46,757 nt of DNA from Actinomycetota bacterium. Lineage in GTDB: Bacteria; Actinomycetota; Acidimicrobiia; Spongiisociales; UBA5794. The stretch is taken from NCBI GenBank assembly GCA_027728645.1, contig JAQCAA010000002.1, positions 1 to 46,757 of the forward strand, read 5' to 3'. The notes below the pieces were generated by a model. The model saw nothing but the letters and a program-made list of their open reading frames with translations, was not told where the DNA came from and ran no database searches. Position 1 is the stretch's first letter. Each line of letters starts with the position of its first letter. The translations under genes were made by a program, and so were the position numbers. Shown piece after piece: positions 28,852-39,367 of the stretch.

Positions 28852-30006
28852 TCAGCTGAGCGCCCGTATGAGTTCGTCCGCTGCCTGCTCACAGTCGACG
28901 AGGGCCGGAACCATCGCGAGCCTGATATAGCCCTCGCCGCCTTCACCGAGAAAGGACCCAGGAGTGACGACGATGCCGCTGTCGAGCAGTTTGTCGGTCA
29001 TCACAATGTCATCGCCGACCCGAACCCACAAATACAGGCCAGCCCGCGAAGCTACAACTTCGAGACCAAGCCGAGTGAAAGCACGCTCGAGGATTCTTCG
29101 CTTCGCAGTGAAGATCGCTCGGCGTTCGGCGGCGTGAGCATCGTCGGCCCAGGCCGCTGTGGCCGCATCCTGAACAAAGTCAGGTGATGCGGTTCCTGTG
29201 GTCGATCTCAGGTTCTTCAGCGCCTTGATTGCTGCTGGGTCTCCGACGATGGCTCCCGAGCGGTACCCGGTCATCCCAGAGCGCTTCGACAGCGACAGAA
29301 ATGCAAGCGCACCAGGAAATCCCTCATCAGCAATCTGGAGAACAGAGCCTGGACCGTTCGGAAAAGCTTCTTCCTCGTACGTGTCCGCGTAGCATTCGTC
29401 CGACATCAACAGGGCACCGTTCTCGCGACAGGCCCGGTAGAGATCTGCCATCTCGGAAGCGCTGGTCACGGAGCCGGTTGGGTTGTGGGGTGAGCAGGTC
29501 CACACGAGCTTCGCCTTGGGCCACACGTCACTTGGGATGTCGGATACTCGCATCACGAAGTCACCGTCGAGCACGACTCGATGAAGGGCAGCACCAGAAA
29601 AGATTGCCCCGCGCTCATACACCGGATAGCCAGGGCTCGGGAAGACGACCACGTCGCCTGCAGATGGGTCCACGAACGCGAAATGGCTGTTGAATATCGA
29701 TTCCTTCGACCCGCTCGTTGGGACGATCTGCGTATCAGGATCGACGACAACGCCGTGGCGGCGGTGTATCCAGCCGGCAATCGCTTCCCTTAGCTTGGCT
29801 TTTCCAGCCGACGTCGGGTACTGCGAGATTTCAGGGACTGCATCGCGCAAGGCCTGGGGGATAAACGCAGGAGTTGGTTCGATGGGATCGCCGATGGAGA
29901 AGTCGATAACACGCACGCCGGCAGCCCTGAGGTCTATTGCGCGCTGTTGAATCGTCGCTATCGGGTAGTTCCCGAGTTGCTCGAGTGCCGGGTTGATCTG
30001 CATCAT
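28852..30006 (-). CDS. dapC: Class I/II aminotransferase, probable N-succinyldiaminopimelate aminotransferase
   Basis: LGNYPIATI...DFSIGDP..., the PLP lysine region SLSKRSGMTGYRSG, and its position immediately upstream of dapD-dapE support the call. The start is uncertain among 30006, 30003 and the GTG at 30027. Confidence 0.7.
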   Translation of the reverse strand: MMQINPALEQLGNYPIATIQQRAIDLRAAGVRVIDFSIGDPIEPTPAFIPQALRDAVPEISQYPTSAGKAKLREAIAGWIHRRHGVVVDPDTQIVPTSGSKESIFNSHFAFVDPSAGDVVVFPSPGYPVYERGAIFSGAALHRVVLDGDFVMRVSDIPSDVWPKAKLVWTCSPHNPTGSVTSASEMADLYRACRENGALLMSDECYADTYEEEAFPNGPGSVLQIADEGFPGALAFLSLSKRSGMTGYRSGAIVGDPAAIKALKNLRSTTGTASPDFVQDAATAAWADDAHAAERRAIFTAKRRILERAFTRLGLEVVASRAGLYLWVRVGDDIVMTDKLLDSGIVVTPGSFLGEGGEGYIRLAMVPALVDCEQAADELIRALS

Positions 30007-30068
30007 GCAACGGTAGCGCTCAACCACAACACATCGTTTCCACCCATCGGTCCTACCATCCTGAATTC

Positions 30069-30470
30069 ATGAATACCACCGGATATCGGGTGACCTACTC
30101 ACTCCTCTCGCTCACACTGGTCGCGATAGTCGCCGCTGCAATCTTTCTCATCCCAGCGGGTGACCCGGAAGAACTTCCATCGGCGGTCGAGAGCTACTCC
30201 CCTCGCGATGGAGATCTTGTCGCGAATCCCATCAGAGTCGTAATCGATCTTCAGGCAAACTTTCGCGTTCAATTCGTGATCGACGGAATCCCTATTCCGC
30301 CGGCTCAGATGGACTCGATCGTGGAAACTGGAAGACACCAGTTTTCTCCAGGAGAAGGAAAGGCAATCGAACGCTGGTCACCTGGCGATCACACCGTGAT
30401 CGCGTCATGGATCGGCGGCCAGGGTGAGGTCGACGTTGGCACACTGGTATGGACTTTCACCGTTCGGTGA
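30069..30470 (+). CDS. Hypothetical membrane-anchored protein (single N-terminal TM, beta-rich ectodomain, possibly CopC/Ig-like)
   Basis: It has a TM helix (YSLLSLTLVAIVAAAIFLIP) and protein-like composition. I recognise no diagnostic motif. Confidence 0.45.
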   Translation: MNTTGYRVTYSLLSLTLVAIVAAAIFLIPAGDPEELPSAVESYSPRDGDLVANPIRVVIDLQANFRVQFVIDGIPIPPAQMDSIVETGRHQFSPGEGKAIERWSPGDHTVIASWIGGQGEVDVGTLVWTFTVR

Positions 30471-30495
30471 CAGAAGAAAGCACCGAAAGGGCAAT

Positions 30496-31581
30496 ATGAC
30501 AGATGCGTACCGTTTCGACCCCAAAGCCTGGCACCCAGCACTAGCGGGGGCGGTCTCGGGATCCATTGCCGCAATCGTTGCTGCGATCGTGTCGCTTCCT
30601 CTGAGGTCTCCAAACGAGAACATCGCGAACTCTGTCTCTGTTGTGATAGTTTCGATCGCTCTCGGCGTTCTGTCTGGCATGCTCTGGCGGCGCCTGAGAG
30701 CGGGAAGCAACCCTTCCAAGATGTTTGCGTGGACCTTGGTCGGCGGGTTCGTTGCAGCCATGCTTGCCGTGACGCTTGGTGACAGACTCGTCCTTGACAA
30801 CCTCATCTCCTATGTAGCGCCACTCGCTGCGATTGTCTTCGTCACGCTCGGGTTTCTCGTCCCCGTGCTCTCCAAGACGGTCTTGCCAGTGTGGGTTGCA
30901 GCTATACCGATAATCCTTGCGCTCGCCGTCGGGTTGGGACTCTTTGGTCGAGGGAACATCGCGTCCGGTGATTTGTCGCTCGATGACCTCGCTGTTGTCA
31001 CCACGACCGCTACCTCGACCGCCACCGATACAACGCTGGGTTCAGCTGAGACCCTCAGCGGAGAGCTGGCACTTCCAGGTGACCTCTCAGACAGCTTCAC
31101 AGTTTCAAGCGGAATTGCAACCTACTCAGTGCCAGAGATTCTCCAAGGGCTCTCCACTCAGGGCGTTGGAGAATCTTCTGGTGTCACTGGCTCGATCATT
31201 CCAGGAGGCGAATTCACCTTCACCCTCGACATGCTGTCGTTCGTGTCAGACCAGTCGCGACGCGACTCGAAGGTGCGGGGATGGTTCACGCAGTTTCCAG
31301 AGGCGACGTTCAGCGGTGGGAGCTTTGCACTACCGCCGACAGCTGTCGTTGGAGAGGTCCAAACATTCGAGGTCATAGGGGATCTCACCGTCAACGGCAT
31401 CGCACGCTCAACGGCTTGGACAATTCAGGCAAGGGTTGAGGCTGATGGATCGTTGTCGATACAAGGGGAAACAGACATCGTCTTGTCTGAATTCAACATC
31501 GAAATCGTCGACTCAGGCACTGTCACCATGGCGGATGCCGGACATCTCGAAGTCCTGGTGTCCGCTACCCCATCCGGCTGA
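30496..31581 (+). CDS. Polytopic membrane protein with C-terminal YceI-like domain
   Basis: I place the start at the ATG at 30496. There are about 5 TM helices, a Thr/Ala-rich linker (TTTATSTATDTT), then TFTLDMLSFVSDQSRRDSKVRGWF...GDLTVNGIARS, which resembles the YceI polyisoprenoid-binding fold. Confidence 0.6.
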   Translation: MTDAYRFDPKAWHPALAGAVSGSIAAIVAAIVSLPLRSPNENIANSVSVVIVSIALGVLSGMLWRRLRAGSNPSKMFAWTLVGGFVAAMLAVTLGDRLVLDNLISYVAPLAAIVFVTLGFLVPVLSKTVLPVWVAAIPIILALAVGLGLFGRGNIASGDLSLDDLAVVTTTATSTATDTTLGSAETLSGELALPGDLSDSFTVSSGIATYSVPEILQGLSTQGVGESSGVTGSIIPGGEFTFTLDMLSFVSDQSRRDSKVRGWFTQFPEATFSGGSFALPPTAVVGEVQTFEVIGDLTVNGIARSTAWTIQARVEADGSLSIQGETDIVLSEFNIEIVDSGTVTMADAGHLEVLVSATPSG

Positions 31582-31592
31582 ATCGTCAGCTC

Positions 31593-33626
<2,034 letters not shown>

Positions 33627-33640
33627 TCATGAGATCCACG

Positions 33641-34723
33641 CTACCCGCTGACGCCGACACGTTTGCGGGCGTCAACGATCGTGCCACCGCCGAGGACGAA
33701 CTCGCCCTCGTACATGACGAGAGCCTGACCGGGGGCGGGCCGTGGCTGACGATCTTCGAACAAGAAGTGCCACGTTTCGCCAGCTCGGGTGATCGTTGCT
33801 TCCACTGGTTCAGACCGATACCGCAGTTTCACTTGCACTCTGTCGCCCTCGCTTGGCGGGAGGTCCGTAAACCGCATGTCTGTCACAACGCAATCATCGA
33901 CGAGCAAATCCTCGTACCGTCCAATGGTGATCGTTCGGTCCCTCGGAGCTATGTCGAGGACGTATCGCGGTTCACCAACAGCAACGCCAAGTCCCTTTCT
34001 TTGGCCGATTGTGAATCCAGCTGTCCCTCCGTGTTGGCCGACCACGGCGCCATCTGTGTCAAGGACGGCCCCTGGAGCTGCAACCTCTGGGTGGGTGTTT
34101 CGTAGGAAATCTCGGTAGTCACCAGATGTTACAAAGCAGATGTCTTGGGAGTCAGGCTTGGCTGCTGTGCGCAAACCCATCGTGGCTGCATACTCCCTCA
34201 CCATGATCTTGGTCATTTCCCCAACCGGAAGCTTGACCATCGACAGTGCCTTCTGATCGAGCATGTGGAGCACATACGACTGGTCCTTTGTCCCGTCCAC
34301 TGCCCGCTGGAGCCTGAATGTTCCGTCAATCTCTGCGATTCGAGCGTGGTGGCCAGTGACGAGGACGTCACAGCCAAGGTCCGTCGTGCGATCGAGCAAG
34401 GCATCAAAGCGGACGTTTCTGTTGCATTCGATACACGGGTTTGGCGTGAGTCCATCGAGGTACCCCTGCGCAAATGGTTCCACGACCGCCGCGGTGAACT
34501 CCTCCACATAGTCGAGGACGTAATAGGGGATGTCGAGCTGTGCAGCGACTCTGCGAGCGTCCTCGGCATCTGACAGTGTGCAGCACCCAGCGACTGGCAT
34601 CGTGCCGTCTGGTCCTTCCCACTGCTTGAGGGTGACCCCTATGACTTCATATCCCTGATCAAGCATCAGTGCCGCAGCGACAGAGCTGTCGACGCCACCT
34701 GACATTGCGACAAGAGCCCTCAT
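33641..34723 (-). CDS. mnmA: tRNA-specific 2-thiouridylase
   Basis: MRALVAMSGGVDSSVAA carries the PP-loop, and the rest of the protein is MnmA-like. The ATG at 34723 forms an ATGA overlap with the iscS-like stop. The track's 30-aa extension is rejected. Confidence 0.9.
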   Translation of the reverse strand: MRALVAMSGGVDSSVAAALMLDQGYEVIGVTLKQWEGPDGTMPVAGCCTLSDAEDARRVAAQLDIPYYVLDYVEEFTAAVVEPFAQGYLDGLTPNPCIECNRNVRFDALLDRTTDLGCDVLVTGHHARIAEIDGTFRLQRAVDGTKDQSYVLHMLDQKALSMVKLPVGEMTKIMVREYAATMGLRTAAKPDSQDICFVTSGDYRDFLRNTHPEVAAPGAVLDTDGAVVGQHGGTAGFTIGQRKGLGVAVGEPRYVLDIAPRDRTITIGRYEDLLVDDCVVTDMRFTDLPPSEGDRVQVKLRYRSEPVEATITRAGETWHFLFEDRQPRPAPGQALVMYEGEFVLGGGTIVDARKRVGVSG

Positions 34724-35862
34724 GTGAGTTCCCTCATCATGTTGGCCACCCGTGCTGCGGCAGCCTGGCCTTGACCGGTGGGCGTGTCCCACCCGAAGGA
34801 AAACCTCACGCACTCCCCTGCCGCTGTATCCGACATCCCCATTGCGGTGAGGACATGACTTGGTTCAACCGCTCCAGACTGGCACGCCGAACCGGCAGCC
34901 GCGGCAATGCCCTCCTGATCGAGGCGAATGAGAAGCGTCTCCGCGAGGACTCCGGGAAACCGAACATGTGAATGTTGCACCATCCGTTGCTTTGAGGAGC
35001 CGCTGACGACCGCGGTCGGAAGCCACGCACTCAACGACTCTTCGAACGCGTCTCGCTCCCTTCCGACCTTCATACGGAACACATCGCGCTGTGCCACGGC
35101 TTCTTTCATCGCTGCGACCATTCCAACGATCCCAGGGACGTTGTAGGTGCCTGATCTTCTACCGGCTTCTTGGCCGCCGCCATGCATCACAGGGTCGAGC
35201 CGAACCGAGGGATTGACAACGAGAAGGCCGACACCCTTTGGACCACCGAATTTGTGAGCAGTGAGTGAGATGAGGTCAGCCGATGTGGAACCAACGGTTG
35301 TCACCTCCGAAACGAACGCCTGTGCCGCATCTGTGTGGACCGGTATCGAGTCATCGACACTCTTGACAGCCTCAACAATGGCTTTGATGGGTTCGATGCT
35401 GCCGATTTCGTTGTTTGCAGCCATCACCGAAACGACAGCGGTGTCGGGTCCCACGAATGATGCAACTTCGCCTGGATCAACAACACATGACATGTCGACA
35501 CCAATCTTCGTGACTGTGTACCCGAACCGCTGCATGCTCTCAGCCGAGCGAAGCACTGCGTCGTGTTCGACAGCCGACACGACAATTGATCGCCGTTGTG
35601 AGGCGAGGGCCACTCCGGCAACGGCGAGGTTGTCGGCTTCGGTGCCGCCGGATGTGAACACGATGTCAAGCGGCCGGCTGGACCCAAGGAGCTCCGCCGC
35701 CTGCTCTCGTGCCAACTCAAGCGCGTTCTTTGCGGTTCGGGCTGGGCCGTGCTGACCGGAGGCGTTTGCGTTGGCTGACGCGTACGCCTCAGCCATCGCA
35801 ACCCTCGCGACCGGTCGGAGGGTTGTAGTCGCAGCGTGGTCAAGATATGTGTGTGTCATCAT
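34720..35862 (-). CDS. iscS: Cysteine desulfurase (IscS/NifS class V aminotransferase)
   Basis: It has the PLP-lysine motif SLTAHKFGGPKGVG and the active-site Cys loop GSACQSG. It is adjacent to mnmA, as in mycobacteria (from memory). Confidence 0.9.
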   Translation of the reverse strand: MMTHTYLDHAATTTLRPVARVAMAEAYASANANASGQHGPARTAKNALELAREQAAELLGSSRPLDIVFTSGGTEADNLAVAGVALASQRRSIVVSAVEHDAVLRSAESMQRFGYTVTKIGVDMSCVVDPGEVASFVGPDTAVVSVMAANNEIGSIEPIKAIVEAVKSVDDSIPVHTDAAQAFVSEVTTVGSTSADLISLTAHKFGGPKGVGLLVVNPSVRLDPVMHGGGQEAGRRSGTYNVPGIVGMVAAMKEAVAQRDVFRMKVGRERDAFEESLSAWLPTAVVSGSSKQRMVQHSHVRFPGVLAETLLIRLDQEGIAAAAGSACQSGAVEPSHVLTAMGMSDTAAGECVRFSFGWDTPTGQGQAAAARVANMMRELT

Positions 35863-37001
35863 TCCGATCCGGCCGTCAGCAGAAGAAACTCAGAAATCGC
35901 CTCTTCGTATCGTGTCGAGTCGATGTTCCACAGGTCGGTGTGTCCAGCCTGTTCGAATCGCTCCGTAACAACTAAATCCGGCATCAGATTCGCGAATCGC
36001 TCGAAATCAGAAACATCGGTATGCGGATCCTTCGCCCCGTAAAGCAAGAGTATCGGAACGTCGAACTGATCTGTGCGGTCGAATTGGTCAAGCTCATTCC
36101 AATCCATGCCGAACCGCAAACTTACGAGCTTTCGACCAAGCCATGCAATCGGAGCCGGTGTCCCTCGCTCTTGCGCATAACGAATTGCGACCGCTTCGAT
36201 ATCGAGAATCGGAGAGTCAAACACAACGCCCTTAACGAGACCCACATTCTCGGACTCGTGTAGGAATGTCGAGACGACGCTCGTTCCGAATCCTGACCCG
36301 ATTACAACAAAGTCCTTCGCACCTTGGAGGACACCGAGTCCAACGGCGGCGTCGAGGTCACGCCACTCTTCGAGACCCCAATACCTCAGTCCGGATTCGT
36401 TTGAGGTCGCACCGACATCGTTGCGAAACGCTATTGAGAGAACCGGAAAACCCTGCTCCACGAGCGACGGAAGGATACGAAGCGACTCTTCTAGCCTGTC
36501 GTCACCACGACCGTGCACAAAGATCACCCATGTCGCGCGACGCCCATCTACAAACCACGCAGGGTGGGGCCCGATATCGGATGGGATTCTCCGAGACTCC
36601 CATCCAAAGCCGTGGGCTGTCTCTGGATTACCGGCGAAAGCATCCGCATCTATTCGAGCCGCGTCCCCCGGCGCGAACTCCGACTCAAGAGCTCGTATGC
36701 CCCTTTCAACTGTCATCTCAGTGACGCGGACGATCGTCGAGAGCTGTGCGTAGGCCCGTTGTCCCTCGAGACCCCAGATACCCTCCTTGTCGGACGCTGG
36801 TGTTCGGTTGACGGTCGCTCTGCCAGCCTCATTCGACTCCACGACGAGATCAAAATCGGTGGAGGCGGCCAGCGGAACCATCAATTCCGCACGAATAGCG
36901 TTGGCATGAAGCCAAGAAGACACAGCAACCAAGAGAATGAACAGACCAACGACCGCCAGTGCGGCACGACCAGTCCATGTCGGGAATCGGATTGCCATCA
37001 C
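35859..37001 (-). CDS. Membrane-anchored alpha/beta-hydrolase-fold protein
   Basis: It has an N-terminal TM helix (AALAVVGLFILLVAV) and the pattern WVIFVHGRGDD...VVIGSGFG...LLLYGAKDPH...GH typical of the alpha/beta-hydrolase fold. There is an ATGA overlap with iscS. Confidence 0.6.
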   Translation of the reverse strand: MMAIRFPTWTGRAALAVVGLFILLVAVSSWLHANAIRAELMVPLAASTDFDLVVESNEAGRATVNRTPASDKEGIWGLEGQRAYAQLSTIVRVTEMTVERGIRALESEFAPGDAARIDADAFAGNPETAHGFGWESRRIPSDIGPHPAWFVDGRRATWVIFVHGRGDDRLEESLRILPSLVEQGFPVLSIAFRNDVGATSNESGLRYWGLEEWRDLDAAVGLGVLQGAKDFVVIGSGFGTSVVSTFLHESENVGLVKGVVFDSPILDIEAVAIRYAQERGTPAPIAWLGRKLVSLRFGMDWNELDQFDRTDQFDVPILLLYGAKDPHTDVSDFERFANLMPDLVVTERFEQAGHTDLWNIDSTRYEEAISEFLLLTAGSE

Positions 37002-37054
37002 TCAAGCGTAGGGAAGGTCACGCAATGCGGTTCGTCAGTTGTCTACAACAGTCG

Positions 37055-37822
37055 TCATTCGCCAGTGAATTCAGGTCGTTCCTTTGCAATGAACGCAGCC
37101 ACCCCAATGCGAGCATCTTGGGTCCTGAATGTTGTCGCAAACTGCTCCGCCTCAATTCCGATCCCACCTGCGAGAGGAAGGTCGTAGCCGATTCGAATCG
37201 CAGTCTTGACAGCCGCATAGGCCTTGGTCGGCCCGTTGGCAAACGATGCTGCGTCCGCTGTGGCAAGGGCCAGAACCCCCTCATCCGGCGCGACCTTATC
37301 GGCGAGACCAATCGCGAGAGCCTCCTCGGCGCCAACCTGCCTGCCAGTCATGCACATCTCTTTGCAGCGTTGGGCACCGACAATGCGAGCGAGGCGCTGA
37401 GTGCCGCCGGCCCCAGGGATGATCCCGAGGAGAATCTCAGGCTGACCAACCTTTGCTCCTTCTCCGAGATACCGAAAATCGGCACCCATCGAGAGTTCAA
37501 GCCCTCCTCCGAGGGCGAAGCCAGTGATCGCGGCAATAGTCGGCTTCTCAAGCGACTCGAAAGCAACTATTGCCTCGGTCAGCCCAGAGGCCTGGCGGTC
37601 GTCGTCACCGGCGTCGAAGGACGCTTGGAATCCCGTGATATCCGCCCCAGCTGCGAAGTGCGGAGATCCAGTGAGAACAACGGCTCGAACCGATGGATCC
37701 GCTGCAGCATCAAAGGCCTCTGCCAGGTCGGAGATGAGTGCGGCATTCAGCGCATTGACTGGGGGGCGGTTGAGCCGGATGAGCGCAACGCCGGCGTCAA
37801 ACGAATAGTCGACGAGTTCCAC
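37055..37822 (-). CDS. Enoyl-CoA hydratase/isomerase family protein
   Basis: ALIRLNRPPVNALN...VVLTG...FAAGADI...GFALGGGLELSMGADFR is the crotonase signature. A GTG start follows AAGGAGGAG. Confidence 0.85.
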   Translation of the reverse strand: MELVDYSFDAGVALIRLNRPPVNALNAALISDLAEAFDAAADPSVRAVVLTGSPHFAAGADITGFQASFDAGDDDRQASGLTEAIVAFESLEKPTIAAITGFALGGGLELSMGADFRYLGEGAKVGQPEILLGIIPGAGGTQRLARIVGAQRCKEMCMTGRQVGAEEALAIGLADKVAPDEGVLALATADAASFANGPTKAYAAVKTAIRIGYDLPLAGGIGIEAEQFATTFRTQDARIGVAAFIAKERPEFTGE

Positions 37823-37898
37823 GGATACTCCTCCTTGTCGTCTTACAAGCCTGATAATCGTGTCAGTAAACCCGATCCGAAGCCAGTGTTCTTAGAGG

Positions 37899-38849
37899 CT
37901 ACCTTGCGCCGAGCATCGCTGTTGCAACGGTCCAGGGATCCTCGGTGCGTGCGGCGAGTCGTTCCAGCACATCTCGCCCAATCTCGTCGACTGAATGCTC
38001 GACCCCGTCCCTCAGAGCACCAACCAGAGCGTGGCGCGCCCTGCGAATCAATCGCTGGTGCTGGCTTCCAGACTGGACAAGATATCGACGATGGTCCTGG
38101 ACCGCATTCCAGAGTTCTTCAACGCCGGTTCCATCAATCGCAACGGTACGCACAATCGGCGGCTCCCAGTCCAAGGCGTGCCCAACGTCGAGCATGCTCA
38201 TCAAATCGGTCACTGTTCGATCGGCCTCCGGCCGGTCAGCTTTGTTGACGACGAAGATGTCTGCGATCTCGAGGAGTCCAGCTTTGGCAGCTTGAATGCC
38301 ATCGCCCCAACCAGGATTGACAACAACAATCGTCGTGTCGCATGCAGAAGCGATCTCCACTTCGGCCTGACCCACCCCGACGGTCTCGATGATGATCTCT
38401 CGGAATCCGAGGCCGTCAAGTGCCGCGACAACGGCTGGGGTGGAGCTGGAGATGCCTCCAAGGTGCCCTCGGTTCGCGACCGATCGAATGAACACGCTCG
38501 GATCTCCGGAGTGATCCCCCATCCGAATCCTGTCTCCGAGAATCGCGCCACCTGTGAAGGGGCTCGATGGATCCACGGCGACCACGGCGAGCGGCTCGTG
38601 CGACGTCTCGCTGTGTGGAGCAGGTGGTTCTTCGTTCCGAATCGTTGAGATGAGTTCGGAGACCAACGTAGATTTCCCAGCGCCAGGTGCGCCGGTAATA
38701 CCCACGACATGCGCTTTGCCACCAAGCGGATAGAGAACCGCGAGCAGCTGGCGCCCGTTCTCTTCGCCGTCGGCAACAAGGGTTACAACGCGAGCAATAG
38801 CCCGCTGATCTCCAGCCAACGCCCGCTCGATGAGTTCCGCCGATTCCAC
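37899..38849 (-). CDS. meaB: Methylmalonyl-CoA mutase-associated G3E GTPase (MeaB/ArgK)
   Basis: It has Walker A GITGAPGAGKST, the motifs ETVGVGQ and VVNKADR (NKxD), and a MeaB-like length. Confidence 0.85.
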   Translation of the reverse strand: MESAELIERALAGDQRAIARVVTLVADGEENGRQLLAVLYPLGGKAHVVGITGAPGAGKSTLVSELISTIRNEEPPAPHSETSHEPLAVVAVDPSSPFTGGAILGDRIRMGDHSGDPSVFIRSVANRGHLGGISSSTPAVVAALDGLGFREIIIETVGVGQAEVEIASACDTTIVVVNPGWGDGIQAAKAGLLEIADIFVVNKADRPEADRTVTDLMSMLDVGHALDWEPPIVRTVAIDGTGVEELWNAVQDHRRYLVQSGSQHQRLIRRARHALVGALRDGVEHSVDEIGRDVLERLAARTEDPWTVATAMLGAR

Positions 38850-38959
38850 GCAGCGACCTTAGGCACAATCCCCACCGTTTCCGTACCCAGCCCGCGTACC
38901 CAGGGTTAGCGGACCATGTTTTCGTGGGGCTGGAGCCCACAGAAAGGAGAATCCGCTGA

Positions 38960-39262
38960 CTAGCCGCTAGCGACGACGTCAACGACTCCAGGAACCCGGT
39001 CGCGCAGAATCCGTTCGATACCGGCTGTCACAGTTTTCTCAGAGATCGGACAACCGCCACATGCACCGACAAGCTCAAGGTTGACAGTCCCTCCGTTGAC
39101 GCCGCTGAGAATGACATCACCACCATCGGCTTGGAGAGCCGGACGCAAGTAGTCGAGCGCGTCTTTGAGCACAGCAAGATCAATCGACGTCTCGCCGTTG
39201 AGGGCAGGGCGCGCGGCGACACCGCCAATCTCGATGATGCTTCCTTGAGTTTCCAACGTCAT
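38960..39262 (-). CDS. NifU-like (Nfu C-terminal) Fe-S cluster carrier domain protein
   Basis: LRPALQADGGDV...VNLELVGACGGCPISEKT contains the CxxC motif of the NifU C-terminal domain. The RBS is GAGGAGAcc. Confidence 0.8.
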   Translation of the reverse strand: MTLETQGSIIEIGGVAARPALNGETSIDLAVLKDALDYLRPALQADGGDVILSGVNGGTVNLELVGACGGCPISEKTVTAGIERILRDRVPGVVDVVASG

Positions 39263-39367
39263 GGTCTCCTCGTCGCTTCAGATGGTATCGCACCACGATC
39301 GCCATTTACAACACCGGCGTAGTCGAAACTCTTCCCAGAAACGGGAAGCCAGCTGGTGAGCTTCGCG

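Noticed and set aside
36959-38248. A 429-aa ORF on the plus strand. Similar long ORFs occur at 13704..14672(+), 15202..16185(+), 17974..18540(-), 22679..23416(+), 38416..38982(-), 40155..40958(+) and 40408..41238(+).
   Set aside because: Each is antisense to, or out of frame within, a CDS with unmistakable family motifs (echA/meaB, antiporter, gltX, ilvE, serA, murA and others). Their translations are Arg/Ser/Pro-rich and low-complexity, as expected for non-coding frames in GC-rich DNA. None has an RBS or recognisable motifs.
38911-38940. GTGGGGC-TGGA-GCCCAC imperfect hairpin downstream of the NifU-like gene, considered as a terminator.
   Set aside because: The stem needs a bulge, and on the transcribed (minus) strand it is followed by GAAAAC rather than a U-tract.
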